A DNA stretch of 64,000 nt, taken from the NCBI RefSeq assembly GCF_009914755.1, contig NC_060932.1. One strand, given 5' to 3'. The stretch is from the human T2T-CHM13v2.0 reference genome, Homo sapiens. Below the pieces are notes generated by a model. That model searched no databases, was not told where the DNA came from, and saw only the letters and a list, made by a program, of their open reading frames with translations. Made by a program: the position numbers and the translations under genes. This document shows positions 60,700-64,000 of the stretch, piece by piece. Positions within the stretch are counted from its first letter, which is position 1; each line of letters opens with the position of its first letter.

Positions 60700-63600
60700 C
60701 CCCTGTGTTTAAGGTCAAAGTACCTGCCTGGTCCTGCCTCCTTTGCTTTGGCCTCACTTACTGCCCTGGCTTCAAGAGATGTGTAGGAAGGAATGGCAGA
60801 GGGAGGCAGTTGAAAGTGAGATGTTCAGAAAAGAGCTGAAGAGTCCCTAATTAGGAAGAAGCCAGTGGGAATGGAAAAGAGGGGACAGATCCATAAGAAT
60901 TAGCTAGTGATTGGATTGGCGATGCAGAAGTTAAAAAAGATGACTGAGAATGTATTGTGGCTGAAATTGATAAGCTAGGAAGAGGAGGTCATGCAGGAAA
61001 AATGATGAGTTCATTTTCTAAAACATATTGGAGATATTCACCAGGCACCAGAATATATTGTAGTGGAAGCTGAGAGCATGCAGGACATGAGTTAAACTCT
61101 TGGATATAAATGAAGCCACTGATTTAGAGCACATGAAATAAAAAGGTAACTAAGGCTACATTTGGGAGACTTCAAAGCCCAAAGAGCAGTAAGAGGACGA
61201 GGAGCCCATGAAGGAGACAGAAGGAGAAATCCAAATAGCAGGAGAACCACTTAGAAAAATATAACTTGCAGAGGCAAAGTAATTTGGTAGCACGTGAAAT
61301 ATTATACGAAGTTATAGTCCTTTAGGGAAAGGACAACTCTCATCTTCTGAGCAAAGAGTAACAGACAACAGTGTTCAGGGATGCATGATGTGAAAAGAAA
61401 CATCATAGAATTTGGGGCCAGCAGTCATGGATTTTCATTTCCTCATAAGTGCTTACTAGCTATATGACTTTAGGCAAGCCACAAAATACACATATGAAAC
61501 CACTAGAGCACACTGGAAGTCTAATCTGGTGAAATATACTGCAAGAATTATATCAGGTCAGAAAGAGCATAAGTGTCTGTTTTGAGGAAATTAGAGAACA
61601 CTATCAAGTGGATAGAACTCAAGTAGGGTATAGAAGGATTAATAGGATTTAGGCAGGTACGATAGTGGAGGGTGCATACATGATTTAAAAACCGATGATT
61701 CCTCATCTGGAGAAAAAAGAATCAAAGACATAAATTCCCCTGAAAAAGAATCTTTGTTCCCTTTTTCCTTGTTTTTGAACTGTTTTCTTGCTTATTTGAG
61801 ATGTTGAGATATTTATTTGAGATGTTGATATACTATGGTATATATATATGGTATGATGTTTGATGTAAGAAGAAAAAGAAGGAACAAAGCATACTTTTAT
61901 GTAAAAAGTCTTCCTGTAGGATGAATAGGTTGTTCTTTATTTTACTTTATTCACTTTCATTTTAGAAATGTACTCTGAAAGTTTTCAACAGATGTTCCTT
62001 GGGTTATTCTTAAGGAAGTTAGTAGCACTTTATGTAGAAAGTTGAGCAACCATGTTAAAATTCCCTCACTTTATAAGTAGGAGATATTGAATAAAAATGA
62101 GCAGTTCATTATTTAATTTAGAGAACAAAAGTGAAAGTCATACATGGCGATTTGGGAGGTATATATTAGATGTGATATGAATGTGTATCTTCCTGGATTG
62201 CAATAGGAGAGAAGTACAGGGATTGATTTCAAAATGAAGCGAGACACTGAGGGAATACAATCTGGAGGAATATAACTGTTTTAGAGTATCGTGACTTTAA
62301 AGATAAAATATCAGTTTGGTAGTAAACCAACATTCTTGGGTCATGATGCTGGTTCTTTTGGGAAAAAAATTAAATCAAGCAAACATAAAGGCATTTTATT
62401 CCACTCTTTTGGGAAAATACAGTTACAAGTTTTACCTCCAAGAATCAGTTCCAGAATACAATGGGCTTTATTGACTGTATATTGGAATGGGATCAATAGC
62501 TTTGGTGTGTGACAGAGACTCATTCATTGCCGAGAATTTTTTTGTTAGCCATTATCAGTGGCTTCAGAAATGGTCCTGGTGTTGTTCACTCTGCTTCTAA
62601 TGAAACCGGTGAGATCACCAGTACTCACATTAGTGAGGACAAGCTGAGGATTAGCAGCTTTTCAAAATAAAAACCAGAAAGTACTAAATGTCTTCACTGG
62701 GAGGTGGGGCTCTGGGTCTTAAGAGGATTTAGACACATACAAGGATCATTACTATGTTATTAAGTTATTAAGTATGCATTCATAAGTTAGTTTGTATTTG
62801 CCAAATGCAAATATAAAAATCATTTCTTAATTATACAGGCATTAAAGTCTTGCATCATTAACCACATATTTAAAACCACTTTGTATCACTTACAAAAACA
62901 ATTTAAAATATCAGATTATTGAATTTCCTCTGTTCTAGTGGCCAAATGCCTTCCAGCCAAGATTAACCTGTTTATTGTCCTGTAATTAATAAATTAAAAA
63001 ATGTTATTTTTCCCATTTATCAAAATTTGAAGTTCAGATAAATGAGGCAGTTTATATGAAGTACATATATATTCATCAGTCCACTGTTAAAATTCAAGAA
63101 TTGAGCTCCGATTTTTTTTTAACCTAGGCTGCATTTGTACCGTATGCCAGGCAGGCAGCATATTGCTAAGAGAAAAGCAGGACAATAATAAAAAATTATT
63201 AGCTTTGAGTTGAATCACAAAGGAGCAACAAATGGAAACTTATCCACTAGCCAAGAAGGGCGGTAGTTCACTCTTCCATCCATCACCACCAGCTGGCAGA
63301 TGGGCTCGGGACTAATGTAAGTCTCCTTAGATGGCAAGTTCTCTGCTTATGCAGCAGTCTGTGTCCCTGCCATACAGGAAGAGGAGGACAGAGAGAGGAC
63401 CGAAGCTTACAGTTCCACGTAGCAGCTCATCTCACTGTTAAGGAAACTGTGGGGTTAGCCAACAAAACTGGAATTCAAATTTGGAACCAGACCTCACCTG
63501 ATATATTTTAATTGATTGCCATGTGATTGTCCATCTGTTTATAATTTGAGTGTCTTTTCTTTGTATGAGAAATGCTTTTGTACAGGGCGGGACCCATGCT

Positions 63601-64000
63601 CCTCTCAATTTCTATATGGAAAAAAATATTTTCTATTTTTTCATTGCTTTGCTGAGTAGCTTTCAACAAGCTTTTGGAAAAAGTCTCATTCCAGATTTAT
63701 AAAGTATCAACTGATGTGATGCTCAAACAATGGGAGGATTTTATGGGCTGTAAAGCTCTTATTATTAAGTAATTTTTTGGGGTTATGGTAATTTTAATAA
63801 TAGTAGTAGTAAACTATTTTACAGGTTGGAAGGCTAATAAATCCTTTAAAATCAATTGAGATTATTTAAATTCAATTTACACATTAAAATCCAAAATATT
63901 ATTTGGCTATTGCTATAGTTTTATGATTTATTTAAATATCACCATTTAGACTACAAAAATTAATGCTAGGTAGAATAATAGAGTAAAATTACTGGGCTCT

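Noticed and set aside
61793-61830. tatttgagatgttga repeated twice
   Set aside because: Short slippage duplication in AT-rich DNA with no further structure.

Overview
Primate (human-like) genomic DNA, roughly half transposon-derived. The only host gene feature is the CpG-island first coding exon of NIPAL2 (NIPA-like family) on the minus strand: ATG at 33611, GT donor after 33477, 45 codons. Positions 1-33476 are therefore intron 1 and about 34000-64000 is upstream sequence. Intron 1 holds a near full-length L1PA2-type element in antisense orientation. Its ORF1 is intact, its ORF0 is open for the 58 codons visible, and its ORF2 carries five lesions. Two more L1PA2-type truncations flank exon 1, one with a twin-priming inversion/duplication. 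The window also has a complete THE1 (MaLR) provirus, several solo LTRs, many Alus, and Tigger1/Charlie/MER fossils. I found no evidence of a wholly new biological system. The best leads are transposon promoters aimed into NIPAL2 and several small rearrangement scars. Repeat subfamily calls come from remembered consensus sequences and need RepeatMasker/Dfam confirmation. Boundaries of old repeats are approximate.
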